IMG/VR virus record: IMGVR_UViG_3300036784_000120
Coordinates: 32,001-96,000 of that record
Reading direction: 5' to 3' (one strand)
Length of the DNA: 64,000 nucleotides
Source: a virus
Lineage: Duplodnaviria; Caudoviricetes
A program made the translations under genes and the position numbers. The notes below the pieces were generated by a model. That model was given only the letters and a program-made list of their open reading frames with translations. It had not been told where the DNA came from and did not search any database. Of this stretch, positions 38,629 through 47,566 are shown piece by piece; positions within the stretch are counted from its first letter, which is position 1, and each line of letters begins with the position of its first letter.

Positions 38629-39140
38629 GCGGCCACCGCCAGCGGCCCGCAGATCCCGCAGGCAGCGTCCGTGACGTTGCCGACGGACAGGTGCGGGCAG
38701 GAGAACGTCCGGCCGGCGCCGGACAGCGACGTGCCGAGCGTCTTCGGCTCGCCCATCCGGCCACTGCCCTTGATCAGTCCCGTGGGACGCGCGGCACCGA
38801 GACGCAAGTCAACCTGCCCGTACCTGACGAGGACGGGCAGCAGCGCCGCAGCGACCTGCTCGAGCGCGCCAGCCGGGATCCGCAGCGGCTCGTCGAAGCC
38901 TTCCACGGCCAGTTCGGTGGCGGCCGGCACGTCGAGCTCCCGGCGCACCAGCCGCCTGATCCACGATCCCACAGTGACCCCTTCCCCGGACGCGCGTTCC
39001 TTCACTGCCTCGATGACCTCGGGCGCGAACCGGACCGCGGTCATGGCGGTGAGCCGCTGCCCCTGGCGTTTGCGGCCCGGCCCGGTGATCTGCAGGTGCT
39101 CCGGGTTGGCGTAGAACTCGTACGCCTCGTCATCGTTCAT
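38625..39140 (-). CDS. Ribbon-helix-helix (CopG/antitoxin-like) protein
   Basis: TAVRFAPEVIEAVKERASGEGVTVGSWIRRLV. Confidence 0.75.
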   Translation of the reverse strand: MNDDEAYEFYANPEHLQITGPGRKRQGQRLTAMTAVRFAPEVIEAVKERASGEGVTVGSWIRRLVRRELDVPAATELAVEGFDEPLRIPAGALEQVAAALLPVLVRYGQVDLRLGAARPTGLIKGSGRMGEPKTLGTSLSGAGRTFSCPHLSVGNVTDAACGICGPLAVAA

Positions 39141-39261
39141 GAGGCGCACCATCCGCAGGTCGTGGTGTGGCGGCGGCCCAGCGGACGCCACCGGCAGCCG
39201 CACCGGCAGTCATGCCGCCGCCAGACAGCGAGCCGGACCAGCCGCCGCTCAAACGTGACGC

Positions 39262-40746
39262 TCATGCTGCCCTCGCATATCTCGCGCCGCGGCTCGGCAG
39301 CAGCGCCGCACCCGGCCAGGGCGGGCCCGGATAGCAGCGGCAGTTGTGAACTAGAATGCTATTGGCGGTGTACCAGCCGGTCGTGGTCTGGAGGTTGTAG
39401 ACGTGCGTCGAGTCCCGGAACCTGCGGACCTGCCTAACCTGGTCGAACGCTACGACAGAGGCCAGAGCGTCAAGGCGCTCGCCGACGATCTCGGCATGAG
39501 CCGGATGGCGCTGACCAGGTTCCTCCGCGAGAACGGCGTCCAACTCCGCGGCATCACCGACGCTAACCGCCTGCTGGCGGCTAACCGCAGCCCCGAGGAG
39601 CATGCGCGCAACGCCGAGGCGGCTCACGCCGCCGTGCGCGGAAGCCGTCAGACGATCGGGCACCGGACCAAGATCGCCCGCGCCAAGCACGGCCAGGCGA
39701 CCGGGAGCCCCACGGAAATGCTCTATGCCGAGTGGCTGGCCGACCTGCACCCGGTGCATCAGTTCGCGGTCGGCCCGTACAACTGCGACCTGATGATCGA
39801 GCCCGTCGCCGTGGAAATCAACGGCGGCCACTGGCACGGTTCCGGTCGCCACGCGGCCAGGGCCCGCGCCCGCACCGAGTACATCCTCGATCAGGGCTAC
39901 AACATCGTGTTCGTATGGGTCACCGGCCGCACAGGCGGCGCCCGGATCGAGAGCGCGAACTACATACGATCTGTCGTCGAGTTCGCCAGCAGCCCGGTAC
40001 CCCTGCGGGGTAAGTATTGGGTGGTTTGGGGTGACGGTGAGGTCGTACCCATCGGCGGTTACGATCTCGACGAACTCGCCGACGTACCGACGCGCGGCCC
40101 CAAGCAGCACTGACGGCGACACCACCTTGGTGCCCGCCGGGAAGCAGTGCGGGTGGACAGCACCGGGGAACCCTATGTGCGGCATGGCCGTGGCGTAGAA
40201 GTTTTTCCGGTCCGCGGCCATGCACTCGGCGCTGGTCCGGTCGTCGAGCACCGTGTTCCAGCCGAGCAGCGGCCCGTGCTCCACCGCGGCCATATCCGTT
40301 TTCCCTGCCGCAGTGGCCCGGTTCCACATGGCTGCCTGATGCTGCGCATAGAAACGGCGTTCGGTGGCGAGCTGATCCCGGATCGCGGCGGTCACCGGGG
40401 TGCCTTTCGCCCGCGCGTCCCGCGCCGCCCCCATCACCCGGCGGGTCGCGGCGATCACGTACTGGGCGCGGCGGGCCGCGTTCATCCTTGAGGTTTGCTC
40501 CGATGCCGCCCCGATCACCCCGGTCACCGGCGGCGGGGTCTGCATCACGTCGGTGAGGACCCCGCCGAGCGCCTGCCACGTCGCGGCGGGCAGGGCGAAC
40601 CGCCGTTTCAGCAGCGCGACCGCGGAGGCCGCGGATACGGCGGTGACGAGCACCGCGGCGACAGCGACGGCGAGGGCAGCGTCACCCAGGCCGTCATCAC
40701 CCGCCGGCGGCGGCGGGGGCTGCTGCTGCGGTGCCGGGGTGGTCAT
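39262..40746 (-). CDS. MuF/SPP1 gp7-like minor head protein containing an intein
   Basis: WNTVLDDRTSAEC; HPH|CRC is restored after splicing. Confidence 0.88.
   Translation of the reverse strand: MTTPAPQQQPPPPPAGDDGLGDAALAVAVAAVLVTAVSAASAVALLKRRFALPAATWQALGGVLTDVMQTPPPVTGVIGAASEQTSRMNAARRAQYVIAATRRVMGAARDARAKGTPVTAAIRDQLATERRFYAQHQAAMWNRATAAGKTDMAAVEHGPLLGWNTVLDDRTSAECMAADRKNFYATAMPHIGFPGAVHPHCFPAGTKVVSPSVLLGAARRYVGEFVEIVTADGYDLTVTPNHPILTPQGYRAAGELDDRSYVVRALDPGAACAAGDPYEHDVVALIEDVLGAGAGPGRVATGTVPVAAVDFHGDGLDHQVAVVRADRELMHRVQVGQPLGIEHFRGAPGRLAVLGAGDLGPVPDRLTASAHGGVSRLGVARMLLGAAVSRQQAVSVGDAAELDAVLAEEPGQRHPAHAEIVGERLDALASVVAFDQVRQVRRFRDSTHVYNLQTTTGWYTANSILVHNCRCYPGPPWPGAALLPSRGARYARAA
39343..40146 (-). 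mobile_element. Intein (268 aa) inserted in the MuF HPxCRC motif
   Basis: C1 CFPAGTKV, block B TPNHP, block F HVYNL, terminal VHN followed by Cys+1. Confidence 0.92.
39403..40113 (+). CDS. HTH plus Vsr/DUF559-like endonuclease, antisense inside the intein
   Basis: HTH SVKALADDLGMSRMALTRFL; SPTE...QFAVGPYNCDL...AVEINGGHWH...GYNIVFVW; GGAGG 8 nt before the GTG. Confidence 0.82.
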   Translation: MRRVPEPADLPNLVERYDRGQSVKALADDLGMSRMALTRFLRENGVQLRGITDANRLLAANRSPEEHARNAEAAHAAVRGSRQTIGHRTKIARAKHGQATGSPTEMLYAEWLADLHPVHQFAVGPYNCDLMIEPVAVEINGGHWHGSGRHAARARARTEYILDQGYNIVFVWVTGRTGGARIESANYIRSVVEFASSPVPLRGKYWVVWGDGEVVPIGGYDLDELADVPTRGPKQH

Positions 40747-41005
40747 GTCGAGGCTGCCCCGGTGTCTTCCGGGCTGGCCGGCGGGCGCCTGATCACGTCC
40801 GGGTCACCGCCGAGCTTCGACACAAGCCACGCCACCATCCGGCCGACGCCCTGCACCTGGTCCTGCAGTTCCCAGATGATGTCGTCGGTGACGTTAACAG
40901 CCACAAGCCCACCAGCTTTCCCTAACATGTCCGGCCGTAAACGCTCCTTATTGTGGCCTCACTGGTCACCCTCGCGCACCTGGTCATGTCCTTCGGTGTC
41001 CCGGT

Positions 41006-41338
41006 TCACGTGCCCACCAGGATGTGCGTGTCGTCGTCGCCGTCCATCCACGTGAACTCGCCCTCGGCACCCACTGGCCTATGGAGCCGGCAGCCGGCGC
41101 AGTAGGTGGAACCGTAGAACGCGGGGTTCCGCGCGTACGTTTCGCACAGCGCGAGCCCCATCGTGGTCACCACACCGCATTCCGGGTCGTGGTGAATGTA
41201 GGCGCGGTACAGCGGCCGGACGAACCCCTTCGCCCGTTCCTCCTCCGAGAGGACGAGGTAGACCTCGTGCTGGTCCCGGGGTTCCCGGTCGGCGCCGTGG
41301 CCGAGCCGCGGATCGTGCGGGTCGGTGGTGAGGCTCAC
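41006..41338 (-). CDS. Conserved Zn-binding phage protein
   Basis: VLSEEERAKGFVRP...H..CG...YARNP.FYGSTYCAGC..H. Confidence 0.65.
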   Translation of the reverse strand: MSLTTDPHDPRLGHGADREPRDQHEVYLVLSEEERAKGFVRPLYRAYIHHDPECGVVTTMGLALCETYARNPAFYGSTYCAGCRLHRPVGAEGEFTWMDGDDDTHILVGT

Positions 41339-41688
41339 GGCGGGAACCCGAGTTTCGTCATCGTTTCCAGGGCTTCCGGCATCTTCATGCTCATCCCGTC
41401 GGCCACCGACCGCCACCCGGGGTAGGTCTCCTCATAGTCGTGGTCGAGGCGTTTGGCTTCCGCCTCGAGCGCGGCCCCGAACTCCTGCTCGGTGAAGACG
41501 CCTTTGCTGATCAGCAGCCCGGTCAGCGCGGTGACCTCGGCGCGCAGCAGGATCGACAGTTCCCGGTGGTGGACGATCGCACGGAACTCGCCGTCGCTGG
41601 GCAGGCGGGAGCCGAGCTGCCAGCTGGCGAAGAACCTGCGCCACTTGGTCAGTTTCTCCAGCGCGGCCATCATGGTTTTCTCGCTCAT
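41335..41688 (-). CDS. Hypothetical protein
   Basis: MSEKTMM..., overlaps neighbours. Confidence 0.6.
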   Translation of the reverse strand: MSEKTMMAALEKLTKWRRFFASWQLGSRLPSDGEFRAIVHHRELSILLRAEVTALTGLLISKGVFTEQEFGAALEAEAKRLDHDYEETYPGWRSVADGMSMKMPEALETMTKLGFPP

Positions 41689-41897
41689 CCCGCTCCCTCC
41701 GCTGCGGCCTGCATCAGCCACTGCGCGGCCGGCATTCCGTCGACCGTCACCTGCGGGCCGCTGCCGTCCGCGGCGGCGAGCTCGGCGGCCATCGACAGCG
41801 GCAGCCGTCCCGCATACCGGCATTCGAGCCGGCCGCCGCGTTCCTCCACCCAGATCGTGCCGGCGTCGATGGCGAGCACCGCGACCGTCTCAGCCAC
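41685..41897 (-). CDS. Hypothetical protein
   Basis: 70 aa. Confidence 0.45.
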   Translation of the reverse strand: MAETVAVLAIDAGTIWVEERGGRLECRYAGRLPLSMAAELAAADGSGPQVTVDGMPAAQWLMQAAAEGAG

Positions 41898-41912
41898 CGG
41901 GCATCTCTGGGG

Positions 41913-42464
41913 TCAGGCTGACGGCGGGGCGGCGGGCGGCTGGTCCTCAGCGGTGCCCTCGCTGATCACCAGGCTCGTCGCCGCCGACGACACGACGGTG
42001 ACGCTGCCGGTGCCGGTCAGCGGCGGGTTCACCGTCGAGTCGGTCACCGTGTAGCCGGCGGTGCCGTCGGCCACGCCGACGATCAGCGCCGAGTACCCGT
42101 CCGCTGCCGGGGTGAGCGTCGCAACCGCCGGGTTGTCGATCGTCCAGGCGAGGTTGTCGCCGGTGACCGGCTGGGCCTTGGAGTCCTGCTCGCCGACAGT
42201 TGCGGTGTACTGCTGCGTGTCAGTGATCTGCACGGTGTTTCCTTTCCTGATGGTTGGCGTCCCCGGGCCTTCCGGGGCAGCCTGGTCAAACGTTTCCGGG
42301 TCCACGGTCAGGAACAGGACCGCCGGGCCGTCAAGCCACCGCCAGAAAACCTGGGCGACGGTAGTGATAGCCGCCGCCTGCTCTGCGGTCGCGGGAAGGT
42401 TCCCGTCCTTGGCCACAGCCTCGATGGCGTACTGCAGCGCGAGGACACGGTTCTCCGCGGTCAC
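41913..42464 (-). CDS. Protein with C-terminal Ig-like domain
   Basis: LAWTIDNPAVATL...GTAGYTVT. Confidence 0.65.
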   Translation of the reverse strand: MTAENRVLALQYAIEAVAKDGNLPATAEQAAAITTVAQVFWRWLDGPAVLFLTVDPETFDQAAPEGPGTPTIRKGNTVQITDTQQYTATVGEQDSKAQPVTGDNLAWTIDNPAVATLTPAADGYSALIVGVADGTAGYTVTDSTVNPPLTGTGSVTVVSSAATSLVISEGTAEDQPPAAPPSA

Positions 42465-42628
42465 GGCGAACTCCCTCCGTAGGTGTCCCGGATGTACGCC
42501 AGTCCCCGCCGGATCTGCTCGGCGGGATCCGGTGCGGTGAAACCGTGCGGGCCAGCGTCGAAACGGGCGAAGATCACGGCCGGGTCCTCGTCATCCTCGC
42601 GGAAGCCCGCAGCCTCTTCCGGGGTCAC
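42461..42628 (-). CDS. Small hypothetical protein
   Basis: GTGA overlaps at both ends. Confidence 0.45.
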   Translation of the reverse strand: MTPEEAAGFREDDEDPAVIFARFDAGPHGFTAPDPAEQIRRGLAYIRDTYGGSSP

Positions 42629-42951
42629 TGTGCGGCCCCCGGTGTCCCATGCACCGCTGCCGTCCACGCCGTGATCACGGCCGTCACGAACCGGGGATCC
42701 TGGCTCATCAGCCCGTCCAGGTCGGCAGGCACCGGATGACCGTCGTCGTCCTCCACGTTCCACGACTCCAGGGCGTAGCCGAGCGTCGCGGTCATATGGC
42801 GGAACGCCGCCAGGTCACCGGAGGCGACCGCAGCAGCAGTGTCGAGCATCACCGACATGGGCACCGGCCGGACCGTGATCTCCAGCCCTTCATACTCGGT
42901 GCCGGTGAAGTCCAGCTTGAACGGGGCGCGTTTCGGCCGGAAACCTGTCAC
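42625..42951 (-). CDS. Tail-chaperone-like protein
   Basis: YEGLEITVR...LESWNVEDDDGHPVPADLDGLMSQD. Confidence 0.5.
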   Translation of the reverse strand: MTGFRPKRAPFKLDFTGTEYEGLEITVRPVPMSVMLDTAAAVASGDLAAFRHMTATLGYALESWNVEDDDGHPVPADLDGLMSQDPRFVTAVITAWTAAVHGTPGAAQ

Positions 42952-44557
42952 TGTGCCGCTCCCGGTAGTCCGCCTGCTGCGGGCGGGTTCTGCGGTGGCC
43001 GCGGCGGGCCCGCGGCGGCGGGACGCATCTGCGGTGCCGACGGCGGCCGTGGCCCCTGCTGCCCGCCGCCGGCCCTGGCGGCGGCCTGCTGCGTGATCGC
43101 CGTGCCCGCCTGCGCGAGTCCCTGCAGCTGGCCGAGCCCCGCCGCGGCCTCCGGCGGCATGCCAGGCGGCGGATTGCCAGCTAGCTGTTCGGCACGTTGC
43201 GAAGCGGTAGACACCAGCGCGTCATGCACCTGGTCCACGTCCAGCTGCAGAATCGACGCCATCCGTTCGGTGATCAGGTCAAACACCTGCAGCGGCACGT
43301 GCAGCACCGGCGCCGCCGACATCTGCCCGAACATCGTCAGCAACTGCTGCGCCTGCTCATCCTGAAGCGGACCGAACTTCGCCTGCGGATACGATGCGCC
43401 GGTACCGAAGTTGAGCATCACCAGCGGCCGGATCACGTCGTAGGAGATGGATTCGGCGATTTCCTTCGCCACACCCTGACGCGACTTCAGGTAGAAGTCG
43501 GACTGGTCCTGCGACAGGCTGTAGGCGCCCTTCCCGCCGGTTGACGCGGACGCGAGGCCGAGGAACCCGGCCAGCACACTGCTGATCGCCCACGACGACA
43601 GGAACGACAGCGCCTGGGAGAAGAACAGGCCCGCATCCGCGGACGACGGGATCGCCTCGAACGCCTTCTGCCCGTCGATCGGGTGCACCAGCCCGACGAC
43701 ACCGGAGCCGCGGAGCTGGGAAATGTCGTCGGCGCGGGCGGTGGCTTCCGGCTGGTCGTTGCCGTAGACGACAAGCCGCTGCAACGCCATGTTCTCCAGG
43801 TAGTAGTACCAGAGATACAGCAGCTTCATCTGGGTCGAATGGCACCAGTACGCCACCTCAACCTCGGACACGCCCGTCAGCGGCTCCCGGTGCTTCCCGT
43901 GGGTGTAAATGTAGGAGCGGATCTTCGGGATATCCACATACCCCGGCACCTTCTGCCGCCTGGACAGCATCAGGTTCCCGCCGAACAGCCACACCTGCTG
44001 CCGGAACCCGTTCGCCTCCCCCGACCTGTCGTTATACCGGGCCTGGCACGTGGCAGGCGGGCGGAACGCGATCTTGTCGTAAACGATCTTCCCGTCCGAC
44101 TCGCGGACCTTGAACGTCTTCTCGAAAAACGCCCGCCGGTACAGCTGACCCGACGTGATCTGGCCGAGCAGCTCCGTCATCGGCGTCCGCATGCCGCCCT
44201 CAGTGTCCGGCGTCATCAGCACGCTGCGGATGAAGTCGCATTCGCCTTTGTCGCCCTTGCCGGGCTCAATCGAGAAGTCGGCTTCGCGGATCGGGAGGGT
44301 CAGCACCAGCTCGAGGGCCTGCGCGGTGCCGTTGCGGGAGAACATGGTCTTCAGGTCACGAGACGACCATTCGCCATATTCTTAAATCGAAGACATCACC
44401 CTCGCCGTAGTAGGCGAACAGCCGCTGACCGTAGTCAAACGAGGTCTAAAGTCCCGATCTCAGGACCCATCAGGGTCCGCTTGCCGCCCGGGCCGCGGGA
44501 GCCCTTGGGGGGGAGATCGGGGAAGGCGATCACGTTAGCGTCTTTACCGGATGCCAT
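42948..44557 (-). CDS. Portal protein (about 531 aa), interrupted by two 7-nt TTA-containing inserts
   Basis: Mu gp29/DUF935-like core; N-terminus MASGKDAN...GPEIGT|SFDYGQ...DVFD|YGEWSSRDLKTMF is restored by removing 2x7 nt. Confidence 0.82.
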
Positions 44558-44609
44558 CTTCTTGCATCACCCCCTCTCCGCTGCCAGGGGCGCACAAGGG
44601 CGCCGGTGA

Positions 44610-44631
44610 TGCACGTGCATATGCACGTGCA
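44610..44631. promoter_or_regulatory. TGCACGTGCA-TA-TGCACGTGCA operator, copy 2
   Basis: Perfect 24-bp palindrome 44609-44632 upstream of the portal. Confidence 0.78.
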
Positions 44632-44716
44632 TGGGGCCACGATACCGCCTGCCCGCATGCCGGGCATAGCCACGTACCGCTGTACGCCATGCCGACATGT
44701 GTGGTATGATGTACTT

Positions 44717-45091
44717 GTGGATGAGAAGACGAACGACGGCACGATCACCATGAGGCTGACGCCGTTCCAGGCCACCGAGATCGAGCACGGCCTGGACATC
44801 GACGCCAGCGACGGCAACCCCGACTGGGGTGAGCTGAAGTACGCCGGGCGCCGCACCGGCCCGGCCGTGCTCACCATCCGGGCCGGGCAGCAGAACCTGG
44901 ACGCTGCCCTGTACCGGGTCACGTCCAGCCGGGACATCCCCGCCGACAACGCCAGCGACCCGATGGCCAGCCCCGGCGAGCGGATGGGCTACCTGTCCGC
45001 CGCCCGCTCCCTGGACTCGCTGGTGCAGCGGCTCATCGCCGTTGCCGGCGGCCCGGAAGCATTCAGCAAGAACGTCAGGCGATGGATATGA
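44717..45091 (+). CDS. Hypothetical protein, paralog of 20676..21062
   Basis: Leaderless GTG 6 nt after TATGAT. Confidence 0.72.
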   Translation: MDEKTNDGTITMRLTPFQATEIEHGLDIDASDGNPDWGELKYAGRRTGPAVLTIRAGQQNLDAALYRVTSSRDIPADNASDPMASPGERMGYLSAARSLDSLVQRLIAVAGGPEAFSKNVRRWI

Positions 45092-45342
45092 CCGCCTCCC
45101 CGATCTCGCCGGAGACGATGCGCGAGCACCGTGCCCGCTGGTTCGTCTACGCCGGCAGGGAGAAGATCCGGCACACCGCCACCATGCGCGGCCAGTGGGG
45201 CTACGACGTTGAATGCTCATGCGGGTGGAAGACCCGGACCGGCGGCGGCGTCCGCAGCTACGTAGAGGACGAACTGTTCGCGCACCGTTTCAGCGCCCAG
45301 TGCGACGCTGAGCGGGCCGCGACCGCAGGGGAGACCCGATGA
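45088..45342 (+). CDS. Hypothetical protein (CSCGW)
   Basis: In operon. Confidence 0.55.
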   Translation: MTASPISPETMREHRARWFVYAGREKIRHTATMRGQWGYDVECSCGWKTRTGGGVRSYVEDELFAHRFSAQCDAERAATAGETR

Positions 45343-45632
45343 GCGCCGAGCGAATGCAGGCACCATACCTTCCGTCCGGCGGCACCCGCGTGCCGCTGCC
45401 ATGCGGCCACCACAATGCGCGGCTCCGCCCCGGCGAGCGCACAGCGGAGCGGCGCTGCCGGACCTGCCGCAACTACTACCTCATCGAGTGCTCGGATACT
45501 GAGACCGCGCTGGTCTCGGACATCACGTGCCCGGCATGCGGAGCGAGCATGAACAGCGAGGGTGACATGTGGTGGTGCCCGGGTTGCGGCGACGAATGGG
45601 ACGACGAGACGGTACGGGGAGTGGTGCGCTGA
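45339..45632 (+). CDS. Zn-ribbon protein
   Basis: CRTC, CPAC, CPGC. Confidence 0.6.
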   Translation: MSAERMQAPYLPSGGTRVPLPCGHHNARLRPGERTAERRCRTCRNYYLIECSDTETALVSDITCPACGASMNSEGDMWWCPGCGDEWDDETVRGVVR

Positions 45633-45967
45633 TGGCGACACACGAGTCCGTGGAGATGATCTGCGGGCACAGTGCCCAGCTCACACCTGACAATGCTAGG
45701 CAGGCGCGCAGGAACGGCTCGCTGTTCTGCCCCACATGCGGGCACAAGCAGCCCCTAACGCCTGACTGGCCGGACCGTTCCTGGGTCACGGCCGCCGAGC
45801 TCGCCGCGATCGCGCGGCGCAACGAACGCACCATCCACCGCGAAATCGAACGCAGGAACCTGCACGCCGAACGCGCCGGCGGCGCCCCCTCCCCGTGGAT
45901 CATCGAACGCGCCGAGGCAGAACGGTGGCTGCGCGAGTACAAACCGGAAAGGACGGCAGAACGATGA
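45632..45967 (+). CDS. Zn finger plus excisionase/MerR-like HTH protein
   Basis: WVTAAELAAIARRNERTIHREI...WII. Confidence 0.65.
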   Translation: MATHESVEMICGHSAQLTPDNARQARRNGSLFCPTCGHKQPLTPDWPDRSWVTAAELAAIARRNERTIHREIERRNLHAERAGGAPSPWIIERAEAERWLREYKPERTAER

Positions 45968-46188
45968 CGCGACTGCAGCAGGAGATAGCCGACTACCTGC
46001 ATAGCCCGGTAACCGCCGCCGAAGTCCAGACCGCCGCATACGTGAGGTTCGCGGCATGGATGGCCGCGCACGATACCGGGCCGCGCAGCGTCACGGTCGG
46101 GCAGATCGGCCGGGAATTCCAGAACCTCAGCTACGAGACTATCTGCCGGTGGATCAGGCACTACCGGGGAGGGGAGCAAGAGCAGTGA
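45964..46188 (+). CDS. Small HTH-like protein
   Basis: VGQIGREF..LSYETICRWI. Confidence 0.5.
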   Translation: MTRLQQEIADYLHSPVTAAEVQTAAYVRFAAWMAAHDTGPRSVTVGQIGREFQNLSYETICRWIRHYRGGEQEQ

Positions 46189-46451
46189 GTGACTACATTC
46201 CGCCTGAGCCGTCGTCTCGCGACAAGGTGCTCCACCGGGTGCAAGGCGGCCGGTGGGTGGCCAGCGGGTACGACATGGGACTGGTGCTCAACGACCAGCC
46301 CGAGCACGAAGACGGGGTTCTCGGCGTGGCGGAGTACGAAGGCGGCCCGGTCCTTGAGTTCATCAACGGGCACGCCTACGACACCGGCGTGACCGTGACG
46401 ATCATGATCATCACCACCGAGGCATCCATCCGGACGGAGGACAAGCGATGA
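46185..46451 (+). CDS. Hypothetical protein
   Basis: GTGA overlap. Confidence 0.5.
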   Translation: MSDYIPPEPSSRDKVLHRVQGGRWVASGYDMGLVLNDQPEHEDGVLGVAEYEGGPVLEFINGHAYDTGVTVTIMIITTEASIRTEDKR

Positions 46452-46744
46452 GGTTCCGTGACACGTACGGCGGGTCATGGCCGGGCCCGTACCCCGGCAC
46501 CCGCCGGTGGGCGAGTAGGTCCGTCTCCTACGGGCCGGGCACCGCACTCGCCTACCTGACCGTCAAGACCCTGCTGTGGGTGTTCCTGCTCGGCCCGCTG
46601 TGGATCGTCGCTGAATGCTGGACGGTCCTCATCTCCGCGGCCGCGGTCATGGCCGGCTGGTGGATCACCAAGACGATCCCGCAGTACGACGTGCGGTTCA
46701 TCCCCGGCCGGTTCCGCCTGTGGTACTTCACCGGGAGGCCATGA
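46448..46744 (+). CDS. Membrane protein
   Basis: Hydrophobic core. Confidence 0.55.
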   Translation: MRFRDTYGGSWPGPYPGTRRWASRSVSYGPGTALAYLTVKTLLWVFLLGPLWIVAECWTVLISAAAVMAGWWITKTIPQYDVRFIPGRFRLWYFTGRP

Positions 46745-47034
46745 TGAGCAAACGGCAGGTATTCCGGTACACCGTCCCCATCGACGAACAGCCCCACGTC
46801 ATCCAACTCACCGGTGACCCGCTGCACGTCGCGAACGGCACCCTGATTGATGAGGTTGAGTTCTGGGCTGAGCACGACATGGACGCGCCTGAGTACCCGG
46901 CGGTGTTCCAGGTAGTCGGCACCGGGGATCCGGTGCCCGACGGCGCGGTGCACGCGGGGACGACACCGAGGGATGCAGTCGGCGGCGTGTGGCACCTTTA
47001 CCGGCTTCCGCTAGACGCCGGGAGGCAGTCATGA
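46741..47034 (+). CDS. Conserved small phage protein
   Basis: VFRY...FWAE...FQVVGTG..VP...HAGT...VWHLY. Confidence 0.6.
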   Translation: MMSKRQVFRYTVPIDEQPHVIQLTGDPLHVANGTLIDEVEFWAEHDMDAPEYPAVFQVVGTGDPVPDGAVHAGTTPRDAVGGVWHLYRLPLDAGRQS

Positions 47035-47264
47035 CGGCCACCCGGTGCCGTGGCCGCGCCCGGCACTGGCGGATCGCGTTCGGCACCGTCGGGCTCCGCA
47101 CCCCCGTGTGCGTGTACTGCGGCGACCCGAACCCGAAACCGCTCACCGACCAGGAGTGGGCCGAGCTGATCTACTACAGCACGACCGTCCGCAACGCCGG
47201 CGGCCAGTACGTACGGGCGGCGATTGAGGCGCGCGAGGCGGAGAAAGCCGGGAGGCCGCAGTGA
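47031..47264 (+). CDS. Hypothetical protein
   Basis: CVYC. Confidence 0.5.
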   Translation: MTATRCRGRARHWRIAFGTVGLRTPVCVYCGDPNPKPLTDQEWAELIYYSTTVRNAGGQYVRAAIEAREAEKAGRPQ

Positions 47265-47566
47265 ACGGCCCCGCTAGGGACGGAGAAACCGTGATGCAGG
47301 ACGACGACCCGAGGAAGATTGAGATCAAGCCCGGTGACCGGGTGGCGATCCACTACCCGTCCAGCGGTCCGGGCAGGGCCGCGTCGGAGTCGGCTGAGAC
47401 GATCGCGGCCGCCATGGACGTGGTGGAGAAACTGGTGCCCGGCTGCACCTGGCGGCGGTACCCGGCGGAGTTGGCCGAGCCGACCCGCGCCCAGGCGGTC
47501 GTGCTGAACTGCCACAAGCCTGACGGCAGTTACACCGGCTACCAGGTCCACTGGATTCGGCGGTGA
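47261..47566 (+). CDS. Hypothetical protein
   Basis: Overlaps neighbours. Confidence 0.5.
   Translation: MNGPARDGETVMQDDDPRKIEIKPGDRVAIHYPSSGPGRAASESAETIAAAMDVVEKLVPGCTWRRYPAELAEPTRAQAVVLNCHKPDGSYTGYQVHWIRR

Noticed and set aside
40743-40928. ATG-TTA at the start of a small ORF as a fourth bypass site
   Set aside because: No matching landing codon at +7, and the true start may be the downstream GTG
44530-44720. MHVHMHVH His-repeat peptides in the ORF track (also 56645, 62246)
   Set aside because: Translations of the TGCACGTGCA operator, not proteins
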